Assembly (NCBI GenBank): GCA_029976005.1 | Contig: JARKOQ010000149.1 | Span: forward strand, 1,315 to 65,314 | Source: Aggregatilineales bacterium | Lineage (GTDB): Bacteria; Chloroflexota; Anaerolineae; Aggregatilineales; Ch27 | Length of the DNA: 64,000 nucleotides | Reading direction: 5' to 3' | In this document: positions 52,828 to 61,876 of the stretch, in pieces | Position numbering within the stretch: position 1 is the first letter of the stretch | Layout of the letters: each line of letters opens with the position of its first letter | Made by a program: the position numbers and the translations under genes | Notes under the pieces: model-generated | Told to the model about the DNA's origin: nothing | The model's input: only the letters and a program-made list of their open reading frames with translations | Databases searched by the model: none

Positions 52828-53499
52828 TTACGGCTCTGGCGGCGGATCGCAGACGCGCGGCGCGCCGGTCTGGGTCTGCGCGCACGGGATCGGGTAGGTG
52901 AACGGGATGCTCAGCGCCAGCCCGCCATCGGGGCCGTGCCAATCCATCCGGTAGTACCCACGCCCCAGGAAAATCAGGCGCAGCGTCCCCGCCAGGATTT
53001 CGTGCTCGTCGATCATCTGGCCGGGCCGGTAGTTCCCCAGCATCTTCCAGTAGGGTGTGGTGTGGATGTGAAACCCGTTCGGCCAGTAGAAGGACACGTC
53101 ATAGTTCGCGTCGCGGAAGATGACCGCAGTCAGCTTGTCGTCCCACAGACGTTCCACACCGGGGCCGTCGCCGGTCGCGCAGTTCACGCCGCGATCCTCG
53201 ACCCGCACGACCAGGGTCTCCGATCCGGTTTGCAGATCGAGCAGGTCGTCCAGGGTGATCTCGTTCAAATCGTCGGGCAGGCTGGAAAAGTCCGCGCCTT
53301 CGAACGTGGGCACATCGACTTCGTACGTGCCCGGCGCGGAAAAATCCCAGCCAAACAGGGCATTGCCGTTCTGAACGTCACACCAGTCGAGCGTCACGTC
53401 GGGGTCCGGCTCCGGTCCGCCCTGGGCCAGCGCGGACCGGCCCCAGGCAAGCATCGCCACCCATCCCAGACATACGACCACCAACCACTTCCGGCGCAT
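52828..53499 (-). CDS. Secreted hypothetical protein
   Basis: Signal peptide MRRKWLVVV...ALAQ; AGGAG RBS. Confidence 0.75.
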   Translation of the reverse strand: MRRKWLVVVCLGWVAMLAWGRSALAQGGPEPDPDVTLDWCDVQNGNALFGWDFSAPGTYEVDVPTFEGADFSSLPDDLNEITLDDLLDLQTGSETLVVRVEDRGVNCATGDGPGVERLWDDKLTAVIFRDANYDVSFYWPNGFHIHTTPYWKMLGNYRPGQMIDEHEILAGTLRLIFLGRGYYRMDWHGPDGGLALSIPFTYPIPCAQTQTGAPRVCDPPPEP

Positions 53500-53520
53500 C
53501 ACGTTTCTCCTGAACAACTT

Positions 53521-54726
53521 CTAGTCCCCGGCAGGCGTCACCGGCCCGCCGGCCGGAACGCCATAAAAATACAGTGTACCATTCCCTGCAGCCAGGACGA
53601 GCATCCGCCCGTCGGGCGACCACCCGGCCAGCGTGATCTCCTGGCTGCTGTCCAATAGTTGGACGCGCTGGTTCGGATCGCTCATGTTCCACAGGTAAAC
53701 CGGGCCGGGCCGGGCCACGGTCACCAGCAGATCGCCCGCCGGATTGAGGGCCATGCTGTCGAAGTTCTCGCCGTGGCCGGGCAGCCCGGCGAAATACTCG
53801 CCCGACTCGATCGACCACATGCCCACCGTATCCAGCGCGCCGGCGCCCAGGATGTAGCCACTGGCGGTCAGCACGATCTGGCGGTCGGCCGTCTGTTCGG
53901 CCAGCGTGATCGCCTGGACCAGAGCGCCGTCCGCCGTCCGCCAGACTCGAATCTGGTTGCCGGTGTTCATCGCAACCAGACTGCTGTCCGGGCTGAAGGT
54001 GACCGACTGCGCGTTGCGGTCGAACTCGGCCAGCACGGCGGTGGTCCGCCCCGTGGTCGTGTCCCATAGCCGGATCGCCCACTCGGCGCTGAATGTCGCC
54101 AGCAGCCGGCTGTCCGGGCTGAACACCACGCCGCGCACGGGAAAGCTGTGCGCCTCCAAGACGAAGCGCTCCTCCTCGCTCACCATGTCCCAGATGGCCA
54201 CGGTGCCGTCCTCCGCCCCGAAGGCCAGCAGCCGCCCATCGGCAGAGACACTGGCCGGGCCGACATTCCCCTCATGGGCGCGGAAACTGCGCACCCGGTG
54301 CTGATCCTGGGCGTCGAAGACCTCAACCTGTTGGCGTTGGCTGCGGTTCACCAGGGCAAGCTGGCTGTCATCGACCACAAAGAAGCCATAGCTGGCTTCG
54401 GAGTGTTCCAGGAACCAGATCGGCGTCCCGGACTCCAGGTCCCACAGGCGGGCCGAATCATCACCGGACACGGTCAGCAGCCGCCGTCCATCCCGGCTGA
54501 ACGCGAAGCCGAAGATGGTGCCGTTTGACTGGCGGCTGATCCCCAGCAGGGTCAGTTGGGTCACCGACTCCAGCGACAGCACCTCGGCGGGAGGCTGCCA
54601 GACGGGCGGCGTGGGCGTGAGGCGGGCGGTGGGCTGAACATTGGCCGGCCCCGCGCAGGCCGTCAGAATCAGCGCTGCGGCGACCAGACTCCATATTCTA
54701 CGGGCCAATCCAAACCTCCTTGTCAA
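53521..54726 (-). CDS. WD40-repeat lipoprotein
   Basis: LTAC lipobox; repeated FSPD/FSRD...LWD units. Confidence 0.88.
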   Translation of the reverse strand: MTRRFGLARRIWSLVAAALILTACAGPANVQPTARLTPTPPVWQPPAEVLSLESVTQLTLLGISRQSNGTIFGFAFSRDGRRLLTVSGDDSARLWDLESGTPIWFLEHSEASYGFFVVDDSQLALVNRSQRQQVEVFDAQDQHRVRSFRAHEGNVGPASVSADGRLLAFGAEDGTVAIWDMVSEEERFVLEAHSFPVRGVVFSPDSRLLATFSAEWAIRLWDTTTGRTTAVLAEFDRNAQSVTFSPDSSLVAMNTGNQIRVWRTADGALVQAITLAEQTADRQIVLTASGYILGAGALDTVGMWSIESGEYFAGLPGHGENFDSMALNPAGDLLVTVARPGPVYLWNMSDPNQRVQLLDSSQEITLAGWSPDGRMLVLAAGNGTLYFYGVPAGGPVTPAGD

Positions 54727-54753
54727 GCCGGACGGAACTCAGCGCCAGGGTGA

Positions 54754-56592
54754 TCACCGGTCGTTGGGATGCGTCACCCACAACTGGTTGACGTAGTAGT
54801 GGCGGCTTTCCAGGCGGGCGGTGCTGTGCAGGTTATAGGCCATCCGCCAGACCGGGTAGCCGTTGACCACCCGCAGCGGACGCACGACCTGGCCGTTCTC
54901 GATCAGACGCAGGATTGGCTCGCACGTACCCACATTGCCGATCTGACCGCAGACATCGATGCGAATCTCGGCCCAATTCTCACCCTGGTTGTCCACGTCG
55001 AAATACACGCGGGTATGCGCATAGTCGAGGTACTGCAGGTTGCGACCGGGGGAACCGGCGCTGGTGGAACCGCCTGCCGCGCCGCCGTTAGGCAGCGTGC
55101 GTCCCATCGGGTCGCCGTTGTGGATGATCGCCTCGCAGAAGGTCGCGAAGCAAAGGAGTTGCGGCAGTTGATCCTGGACACTCTCGGCCAGCGGCAGGCT
55201 CAGGTACTGCTCCTCGGTGAGGGTCGTCCACGGCCATCCTACCCAGACGTGGAATCCCTCCCCCGTCACATACATCATCCGCGAGCCTTCCGCACTGCTC
55301 CGTGCCAGCGCCCGCAGCGCCGTGCCGCGCAGGATCACGCCAATGGCCTGCCGGGCCTGGCGATCCAGATAGGCGGTGGGCGAAACCGCCTGCCCGTCGA
55401 TTCCGCCAATGGCCACCACCATCGGGGCAACGCTCGCCGCGGCGGAAGTCAGGCCGCCTTCCGTGGTTGCAGCGCCGCCAGACACGGCCGGCGCTGCGAC
55501 CGCCGGGGCCGCCGCAGCAGCCGACTCCTCGCCCCCACCCGTTTCGGATGGGAGGTTGGCGGTCACGAAGCGTCCGGCCTGGATGTCCACCCAGGTGCAA
55601 TAACCGGCGTCGTACACGTCGGCCGTATACGTGAATCCGGCATCCTTCTGGAGCAGCCGGGCCAGATTCTGCGTGCCGCGCGGGCAGCGCAGCAGCGCCC
55701 CGGCCTCCGGGGACGGCGCGACATAGGTCCAGCCGTCCGGCCGGGTGTTGTAGCCCAACTTGGCGTCGGCCAGCACTTCCAGGTCGTGCCGGAGCGCCCG
55801 GCCGACGACCCAGTCCGTCCCGAAAACCGCGCCGAACCAGGCCGAGTCGGTCACCGCCTGGCCTACCTGAGCGCCGATGCCGCGCAGTTGATCCAGGTCG
55901 TGGCGCAAGCCGTTCGTCTCCGGCGTGTTCGTCCAGCCGGCCGGGAAAACGTCCGTCCCCAGGATAGCCCGGTAGAGGGTGTTGATGTCGGTACGCGGTT
56001 CGCCCGTCGGAGTCTCTCCGGGAACCAGGATTTCGATGAACAGGTTGACTTCCTCGCTCGCCTGCGCACAGTAATCCGGCCCCGGCAGGAATGGGCTGAG
56101 CTTGAATACCGGGTTGGTGCGCTGGAGCCACGGCACCATCGCTTGCAGGGTGCGATCGCACGCCAGCAGTGGATTGCCGCCGCCAATCCAGATCGGCGGA
56201 CGCTGGCCGGGGCCAAGCAAGGCATCGGCCAGCAGTTCCAGGTCGTGGCGGATGTCGCGGGCGATTTCCTCCGGAGAGCCGGATACCGCGCCAAACCAGC
56301 CGGACGGCCGCTGGTCGGCGCCCAGCCTGGCCCCGGCCAGCAGTTCCAGGTCCAGCCGCATGTTCACGACAAAACTCGCCCCGGCGGGATCGTAGTCGTT
56401 CGTCCAGCCCACCGGCCGGACGCCATCCCCCATCGCCTGGTTGGCCAGAGACTCGAGATCGGATCGTGCCGCGATCAGAACGGGATTGACTCCGCCTGCC
56501 TGCCCGGCGGGCTTCGCCCGCGCCCATCCGGCATAACCGAGCAGCAGAACCACCACCAGCAGGAGACCCCACAAACGCTGCCTGAGAACCAC
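54754..56592 (-). CDS. Secreted protein with six RxDL...RPxGW repeats
   Basis: Signal peptide; AAGGAG RBS with GTG start; visible internal repeats. Confidence 0.8.
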   Translation of the reverse strand: MVLRQRLWGLLLVVVLLLGYAGWARAKPAGQAGGVNPVLIAARSDLESLANQAMGDGVRPVGWTNDYDPAGASFVVNMRLDLELLAGARLGADQRPSGWFGAVSGSPEEIARDIRHDLELLADALLGPGQRPPIWIGGGNPLLACDRTLQAMVPWLQRTNPVFKLSPFLPGPDYCAQASEEVNLFIEILVPGETPTGEPRTDINTLYRAILGTDVFPAGWTNTPETNGLRHDLDQLRGIGAQVGQAVTDSAWFGAVFGTDWVVGRALRHDLEVLADAKLGYNTRPDGWTYVAPSPEAGALLRCPRGTQNLARLLQKDAGFTYTADVYDAGYCTWVDIQAGRFVTANLPSETGGGEESAAAAAPAVAAPAVSGGAATTEGGLTSAAASVAPMVVAIGGIDGQAVSPTAYLDRQARQAIGVILRGTALRALARSSAEGSRMMYVTGEGFHVWVGWPWTTLTEEQYLSLPLAESVQDQLPQLLCFATFCEAIIHNGDPMGRTLPNGGAAGGSTSAGSPGRNLQYLDYAHTRVYFDVDNQGENWAEIRIDVCGQIGNVGTCEPILRLIENGQVVRPLRVVNGYPVWRMAYNLHSTARLESRHYYVNQLWVTHPNDR

Positions 56593-56710
56593 GTTGCCGC
56601 TCCTTCATCACCCATCAACCGGGCCGCGCCCGGCACGAACCATGTCCCATTATAGCACCGAGCCTCAGGGCGCACGCCCGGCCCTACCGCGCCACCGCAC
56701 CGGGCCAAAT

Positions 56711-56766
56711 TTCTTAGGTGTTTTTCAGAATCTTCCTACAATTCTCTTACAGTTGTAGGGTATAGT
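56711..56766 (+). promoter_or_regulatory. ftsH promoter with 11-bp-phased direct repeats and a TATAGT -10
   Basis: TTCTTAG, TTTTCAG, TTCCTAC and CTCTTAC at 56711, 56722, 56733 and 56744; TATAGT at 56761. Confidence 0.5.
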
Positions 56767-56811
56767 TATCCAATCGGCATCAAGTGTACTGTTTTTGGGA
56801 AGGACAGAGGC

Positions 56812-58695
56812 GTGAACAACAACCCGAACGAACAACCCGGCCCAACCCTATCCTCCCGGATATGGTTGTTTCTGGGTCTGGGATTGCTGCTCCTGCTGGG
56901 GCTGCAGTTTTTGTCCAGCGGCGCGCCGCTCGGAAACGAAGTCCCCCTGTCGGAACTGGCGGCCGCCATCCGTAACGGCACGGTAACTCAGATCGTTGTG
57001 CAGGCCGATACGGAAATCCTGGCCAAACAGCGAGATGGGAACATGCTCATCAGCCGCAAGGAACGCAGCGTGGGCATCACCGAAACCCTCCTGAGCCTGG
57101 GTGTCACCGAGCAGCAGCTCCAGAACATCGAGATCCAGGTACAAACCGGCGAGAATCTCGCCACGCTCCTCATTAACCTGCTGCCCTTCATCCTGCCCAC
57201 CCTGCTGCTGGTCTTCCTGGTATGGCGCATGATGCGCACCGCCCGCGCGGGCCAGGATCAGGCCCTGAGCTTCGGCCGCAGCCGGGCGCGTGTCTCCCGT
57301 GATATGGAACGGCCCACCGTCACCTTCAACGACGTGGCGGGGGCGGACGAGGCCAAGCAGGAGCTTCAGGAAATCGTCGAGTTCCTCAAGGAGCCGGACA
57401 AGTTCATCCAGCTCGGCGCGCGCATTCCCAAGGGCGTCCTGATGGTCGGCCCGCCCGGCACCGGCAAGACTCTGCTGGCCCGCGCCGTCGCGGGTGAAGC
57501 GGGCGTGCCCTTCTTCAGCATCTCCGGCTCGGAATTCGTCGAGATGTTCGTGGGTGTCGGCGCGAGCCGCGTGCGCGACCTCTTCGACCGGGCCAAGAAG
57601 GAAGCCCCGGCAATCGTCTTCGTGGACGAAATCGACGCCGTGGGCCGCCAGCGCGGCACCGGCCTCGGCGGCGGGCACGACGAGCGCGAGCAGACCCTTA
57701 ACCAGATTCTGACCGAGATGGACGGCTTCGAGCAGGGCACCAACGTGATCATCATCGCGGCCACCAACCGGCCCGATGTGCTCGACCCGGCCCTGTTGCG
57801 CCCCGGCCGTTTCGACCGCAAGGTCACGCTCGACCGGCCTGACTTCAAAGGCCGCGAGGCGATCCTCAAGGTGCATACCAAGGGCAAGCCGCTGGCTTCG
57901 GACGTGAGCCTGGAAGCCATGGCCAAGCTAACCCCCGGCTTCGCGGGAGCCGACCTGGAAAACCTGGTCAACGAAGCGGCCATCCTGGCTGCCCGCCGCA
58001 ACAAGCGCACCATCAGCATGCGTGAATTCCAGGAGGCGATGGAGCGCATCATCGCCGGGCCGGAACGGCGCAGCCGGGTGATCACGCCCGAAGAGCGCAA
58101 AACAATCGCCTACCATGAGGCCGGACACGCGGTCGTGATGTACCACCTCGAGGAAGCCGATCCGGTTCACAAGATCACGATCATCCCGCGCGGCCAGGCC
58201 GGGGGCTATACCATGAGCCTGCCCGAAACCGATACCATGCTGGTCACCAAGGAGAAATTCGAGGATCAGATCGTGGGGCTGTTGGGCGGCCGCGCGTCGG
58301 AAGAGATCACCTTCAACAAGATCACGACCGGCGCTTCCAACGACCTGGAACGCGCCACCCAGATCGCGCGGGCCATGATCACCCGCTACGGCATGAGCGA
58401 GAAGCTGGGGCTGCGCACCTTCGGTGAGCCGAGCGGCAGCATCTTCCTGGGCCGCGACCTGATGGAACAGCGCAACTACAGCGAGGAAGCAGCCGTCCAG
58501 ATCGACAACGAAGTCCGGCGCATCCTGGATCATTCCTACCTGCGCGCCAAGACCATCCTTCAGGAGAACTTCGAGCGGCTGGTCCGGCTGAGCGAAGCTC
58601 TGCTCGCCAAGGAAACGATCGACCGCGAGGAGTTCGAGGCGATCATGACCGAGAACATCGAACCGGCGGATGTCACCCGCGCGGTGCCCGCCTGA
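56812..58695 (+). CDS. ftsH: ATP-dependent zinc metalloprotease FtsH
   Basis: 2 [25 protein letters not shown], second region of homology [19 protein letters not shown], and HEAGH. Confidence 0.98.
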   Translation: MNNNPNEQPGPTLSSRIWLFLGLGLLLLLGLQFLSSGAPLGNEVPLSELAAAIRNGTVTQIVVQADTEILAKQRDGNMLISRKERSVGITETLLSLGVTEQQLQNIEIQVQTGENLATLLINLLPFILPTLLLVFLVWRMMRTARAGQDQALSFGRSRARVSRDMERPTVTFNDVAGADEAKQELQEIVEFLKEPDKFIQLGARIPKGVLMVGPPGTGKTLLARAVAGEAGVPFFSISGSEFVEMFVGVGASRVRDLFDRAKKEAPAIVFVDEIDAVGRQRGTGLGGGHDEREQTLNQILTEMDGFEQGTNVIIIAATNRPDVLDPALLRPGRFDRKVTLDRPDFKGREAILKVHTKGKPLASDVSLEAMAKLTPGFAGADLENLVNEAAILAARRNKRTISMREFQEAMERIIAGPERRSRVITPEERKTIAYHEAGHAVVMYHLEEADPVHKITIIPRGQAGGYTMSLPETDTMLVTKEKFEDQIVGLLGGRASEEITFNKITTGASNDLERATQIARAMITRYGMSEKLGLRTFGEPSGSIFLGRDLMEQRNYSEEAAVQIDNEVRRILDHSYLRAKTILQENFERLVRLSEALLAKETIDREEFEAIMTENIEPADVTRAVPA

Positions 58696-58709
58696 CCGGC
58701 GACATTCAG

Positions 58710-58753
58710 AAAAAGAACGCCCGTCCTGAGCCTTCGGGACGGGCGTTTTGTTT
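58710..58753. terminator. Bidirectional terminator between ftsH and the FHA gene
   Basis: AACGCCCGTCC/GGACGGGCGTT stem flanked by A- and T-tracts. Confidence 0.8.
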
Positions 58754-58770
58754 CGCGGGATTTCAGGGCC

Positions 58771-59241
58771 TCAATAGGGGGAGCGCACGAAGCGGACTGT
58801 GATCCGCACCCGGCCCAGTTCCAGCTCGTCGCCATCGCGCAGCCGGTAGAGCTGATCCTTTTCCAGTTGGAAGCCGTTGATCCGGGAGCCGTTGGTGCTG
58901 CCCAGGTCCTTGACGTACAGGGCCTTGCCGCCCTGGGTGATGGCCAGGTGCTTGCGGGAGACGCCGCTTTCCTGGCCGCCGTATGGCGTAAGATCGAGAT
59001 CGGGGCGAAAATCAGCCAGCGGGTCGGAGCGCCCGATGACGATCGTGTCGGATATCTCCATGCCAACCGTGGTCTGGTTGTCGCCGCCGATTTGCATCAG
59101 CAGCCGCCAGGGCGGCGCGAGCAACCCGGTCTTGGGAGCTGCCCGGTCGGGCATGGGCGGGCGTTGTGCATCACCCAAAAAGGAAGTGTTTCGCTTCATA
59201 GGTTTTTGTACCCAGGGCATCATCACAATCGCTTCCCGCAT
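58771..59241 (-). CDS. FHA domain protein
   Basis: IGRSD, GVSRKH, DLGSTNGS and LRDGDEL.LG motifs; start uncertain. Confidence 0.9.
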   Translation of the reverse strand: MREAIVMMPWVQKPMKRNTSFLGDAQRPPMPDRAAPKTGLLAPPWRLLMQIGGDNQTTVGMEISDTIVIGRSDPLADFRPDLDLTPYGGQESGVSRKHLAITQGGKALYVKDLGSTNGSRINGFQLEKDQLYRLRDGDELELGRVRITVRFVRSPY

Positions 59242-59371
59242 TCATTAGAAATCGATGGTAGCTTCAGTCTACCTTTAGACTATACCAATTTTACGGATAG
59301 ATTCAAGTAGGCAGTGCGTACTAAAGGCCCGCAATTGTCATCATTTTGTGCGTAAAGGTACTCTGAGCCTC

Positions 59372-60661
59372 ATGCGCGTCCCATGTCGACTGCTGCTGAG
59401 TTTCCTGGCCGGTCTGCTGATCCTGAACGGCTGCGTGCCCGCTTCGGACTCGCCCTCCGGGTTGCCCCACGCCGGAACCTGGGCGACCCTGCCACTCACC
59501 GCCGGCCGTTCGGACGCCGCGGCGGTGGCCCAGTCGGACGGCGGCTGGATCGTCGCCTGGGCCGAGGCGGGCAGCCTGCGCGCCCGGTGCATCGAGTCGT
59601 CCGGCGCGGACAATCCGGCCAGCACCGTGACCCTGGGCCGCCAGCCCTGGCACCTCAGCCTGATCCCGGCCACCGGCGGCTGGCACCTGCTCTGGCAGGA
59701 CCTCGACCGGTTTGGCGAGGCGCGCCTGTACAGCGCCCTGCTCGACCTCACCGGCCAGCTCGTCCGCGGGCCGCTGCTGCTGGCGCCCGATCCGGTCGGG
59801 GACTACGCCGCGCTCGCCGCGCGCGGCGCGGCCATCGTGGTCTGGACAGACACGGCCAACACCCCCACCCTGTTCGGCTATCAGATCGACGCGGCCGGCC
59901 GCCCACTCGGCAGCCCGCCGGTCGCAATCGCCAGGGGAGCGAGCCAGCCCATGCTGGCCCGCCAGAACGACGGGACATGGCTGCTCGGATGGGTGGCGCG
60001 CCCCTTTTCGCCGCACGCCCCGGACACCCTGCGCAGCGTCAAACTTCTGACCTCGCGCCAGTCCCTGCCCTGGGAAAGCGCCGGTCAGCCGGTGGTGCTG
60101 GACACGCTGGCCCTGGAGAACGTGACGTCATTCATCGAGCACGCCGCGCTCGGCCTGGATCAGACCCACGTCTACGTCTTCGTCACCCAGCGCGACGCGG
60201 CCACCCAGCAATCGGCCACGACCGTCCTGACCGCCCCCCTGCAATCGCTCACCCAGACTTCCCGTGTGGAGCGCCTCGCCCTGCCAGACAGTCTGGAGAT
60301 CAGGGAAGCAGCCCTGCCCACCGGCTTCAACACGGGCGCGGCGCTGGCCGTCCCGGCGTCCACCTCCTCGGCCAGTTCGCTCGCGCTCGACTGGCTGGCT
60401 CCCGTCGGCGGCCAGTACGATGTGCTGCCCGCCGCCGCCAACGCGCGGGGCAACCTGCTGGTTACATACTGGCGAGCCGGGCAGTGGGTCGGCCTCCAGG
60501 TGATCGAGACGTCGTCCGTGGACTCCGCCGCCCTGGCCCTCGTGACCGATCCAGGCCGCCACCTGAGCCTGCTGTGGACCAGCCGTGCCTCAAGCGACTC
60601 CGAGGCCCCCCGGCTTCAGTTGAGCACCACCCAGGCCATCACGGAACCGCCCGCCGCCTGA
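59372..60661 (+). CDS. Hypothetical lipoprotein (beta-propeller-like)
   Basis: LNGC lipobox; repeated xIVAW/LLW/VVW beta-strand units. Confidence 0.72.
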   Translation: MRVPCRLLLSFLAGLLILNGCVPASDSPSGLPHAGTWATLPLTAGRSDAAAVAQSDGGWIVAWAEAGSLRARCIESSGADNPASTVTLGRQPWHLSLIPATGGWHLLWQDLDRFGEARLYSALLDLTGQLVRGPLLLAPDPVGDYAALAARGAAIVVWTDTANTPTLFGYQIDAAGRPLGSPPVAIARGASQPMLARQNDGTWLLGWVARPFSPHAPDTLRSVKLLTSRQSLPWESAGQPVVLDTLALENVTSFIEHAALGLDQTHVYVFVTQRDAATQQSATTVLTAPLQSLTQTSRVERLALPDSLEIREAALPTGFNTGAALAVPASTSSASSLALDWLAPVGGQYDVLPAAANARGNLLVTYWRAGQWVGLQVIETSSVDSAALALVTDPGRHLSLLWTSRASSDSEAPRLQLSTTQAITEPPAA

Positions 60662-60752
60662 ATCGCCGGATGGATCGCGGCAAACAAGGCACGAAACTCA
60701 CCGTAGAAACCGCGAAAGGGCGCAACGGGGAATTCACCCTCCTTTTGCCTTT

Positions 60753-60783
60753 CTCCGTGCTATCCTTGACGTTTTGGCGGTTC
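60753..60783 (+). repeat. Dispersed intergenic repeat, copy 4
   Basis: CTCCGTGCTATCCTTGACGTTTTGGCGGTTC, with a degenerate inverted arm (AACCGCGAAAGGGCGCAA) at about 60708-60725. Confidence 0.6.
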
Positions 60784-60931
60784 CAATCGCTTTTTGATGC
60801 GAGTCTGAGCCAAGCTACCGAAAGGCTCCTCAAATCGACCAAGTGTGTTACACTTGCAGGGACTTCCCCGAATATCGTGATCGTCTCGCCCGCGCATTCT
60901 CAGGCCGGCCGCCAGCACCAGGAGCGCCCAT

Positions 60932-61876
60932 ATGGACAGCTTCAACGAAGAACGCCACGTCCTCGTCATCGGATCCGCCGGGATCGACGTGAAGGGCCGG
61001 CCGGATTACGGCGTGACCCCCGGTATCTCGACCCCCGGCCGGATTCGGAGCAGCATGGGCGGCGTGGCCCGTAATATCGCCGAAAACCTGGCCCGCCTGG
61101 AAGTGCCCACCTGGCTGCTCTCGGCCGTGGGAACCGACTCCTCCGGAGAGCATATCCTGGTCAGCTCCAGCGAGGCAGGCATCCACATGGAGCGCGTCCT
61201 GTCCGTCCCCGAGGCCCGCACCGGGCACTACATGGCCCTCCTCACGCCCGAAGGCGAGCTGGACACGGCCGTCAGCGACTACACCATCACCGAGCACATC
61301 ACCCCGGCCTACCTGGAAGACAACGCCGATCTGTTCGAGATGGCCTCGCTGGCCGTGATCGATGCCAATCTGAGCACGGAAACCCTGCGCACGGTGTTCG
61401 CCCTGGCGGGGAAACACGGCGTCCCGGTCTGCGCCGATCCGACAGCCCCTTCGCTGGCCAACCGGCTGCGCCCATACCTCAACCGGATTCACCTCATCAC
61501 GCCCAACCTGGCCGAAGCGGACGTCCTGTGCGAGCAGGCCGTGACCGAGCGCGACTCCGACGCAGCGATCGCCGTCGCCCAGACCCTGGTTGAGCGCGGC
61601 GTCCGGATTGCCGTGATCACCCTGGGGGTGCGCGGCCTGGTGTATGCCAGCGGCAGTGATCGGGGGCAGATCCCCGCGATCCGGACGGAGATTCGAGACG
61701 AGACCGGGGCGGGCGACGCGCTGACCGCTGGAGTGATCTTCGGCATGGTCAACCAGGTCCCCCTGGATGAGGCAATGCGGCTGGGGATTTCGGCGGCGAC
61801 CCTGACCCTGCGCTCGCGCGAGACGGTGGTCAAGGAACTCAGCCAGGAGCTGCTCTACGACCAGCTCGTGATCTAG
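60932..61876 (+). CDS. PfkB family carbohydrate kinase (pseudouridine kinase-like)
   Basis: GGVARNIAENLARL, ITPNLAEA and DETGAGD motifs; AGGAG RBS. Confidence 0.9.
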   Translation: MDSFNEERHVLVIGSAGIDVKGRPDYGVTPGISTPGRIRSSMGGVARNIAENLARLEVPTWLLSAVGTDSSGEHILVSSSEAGIHMERVLSVPEARTGHYMALLTPEGELDTAVSDYTITEHITPAYLEDNADLFEMASLAVIDANLSTETLRTVFALAGKHGVPVCADPTAPSLANRLRPYLNRIHLITPNLAEADVLCEQAVTERDSDAAIAVAQTLVERGVRIAVITLGVRGLVYASGSDRGQIPAIRTEIRDETGAGDALTAGVIFGMVNQVPLDEAMRLGISAATLTLRSRETVVKELSQELLYDQLVI

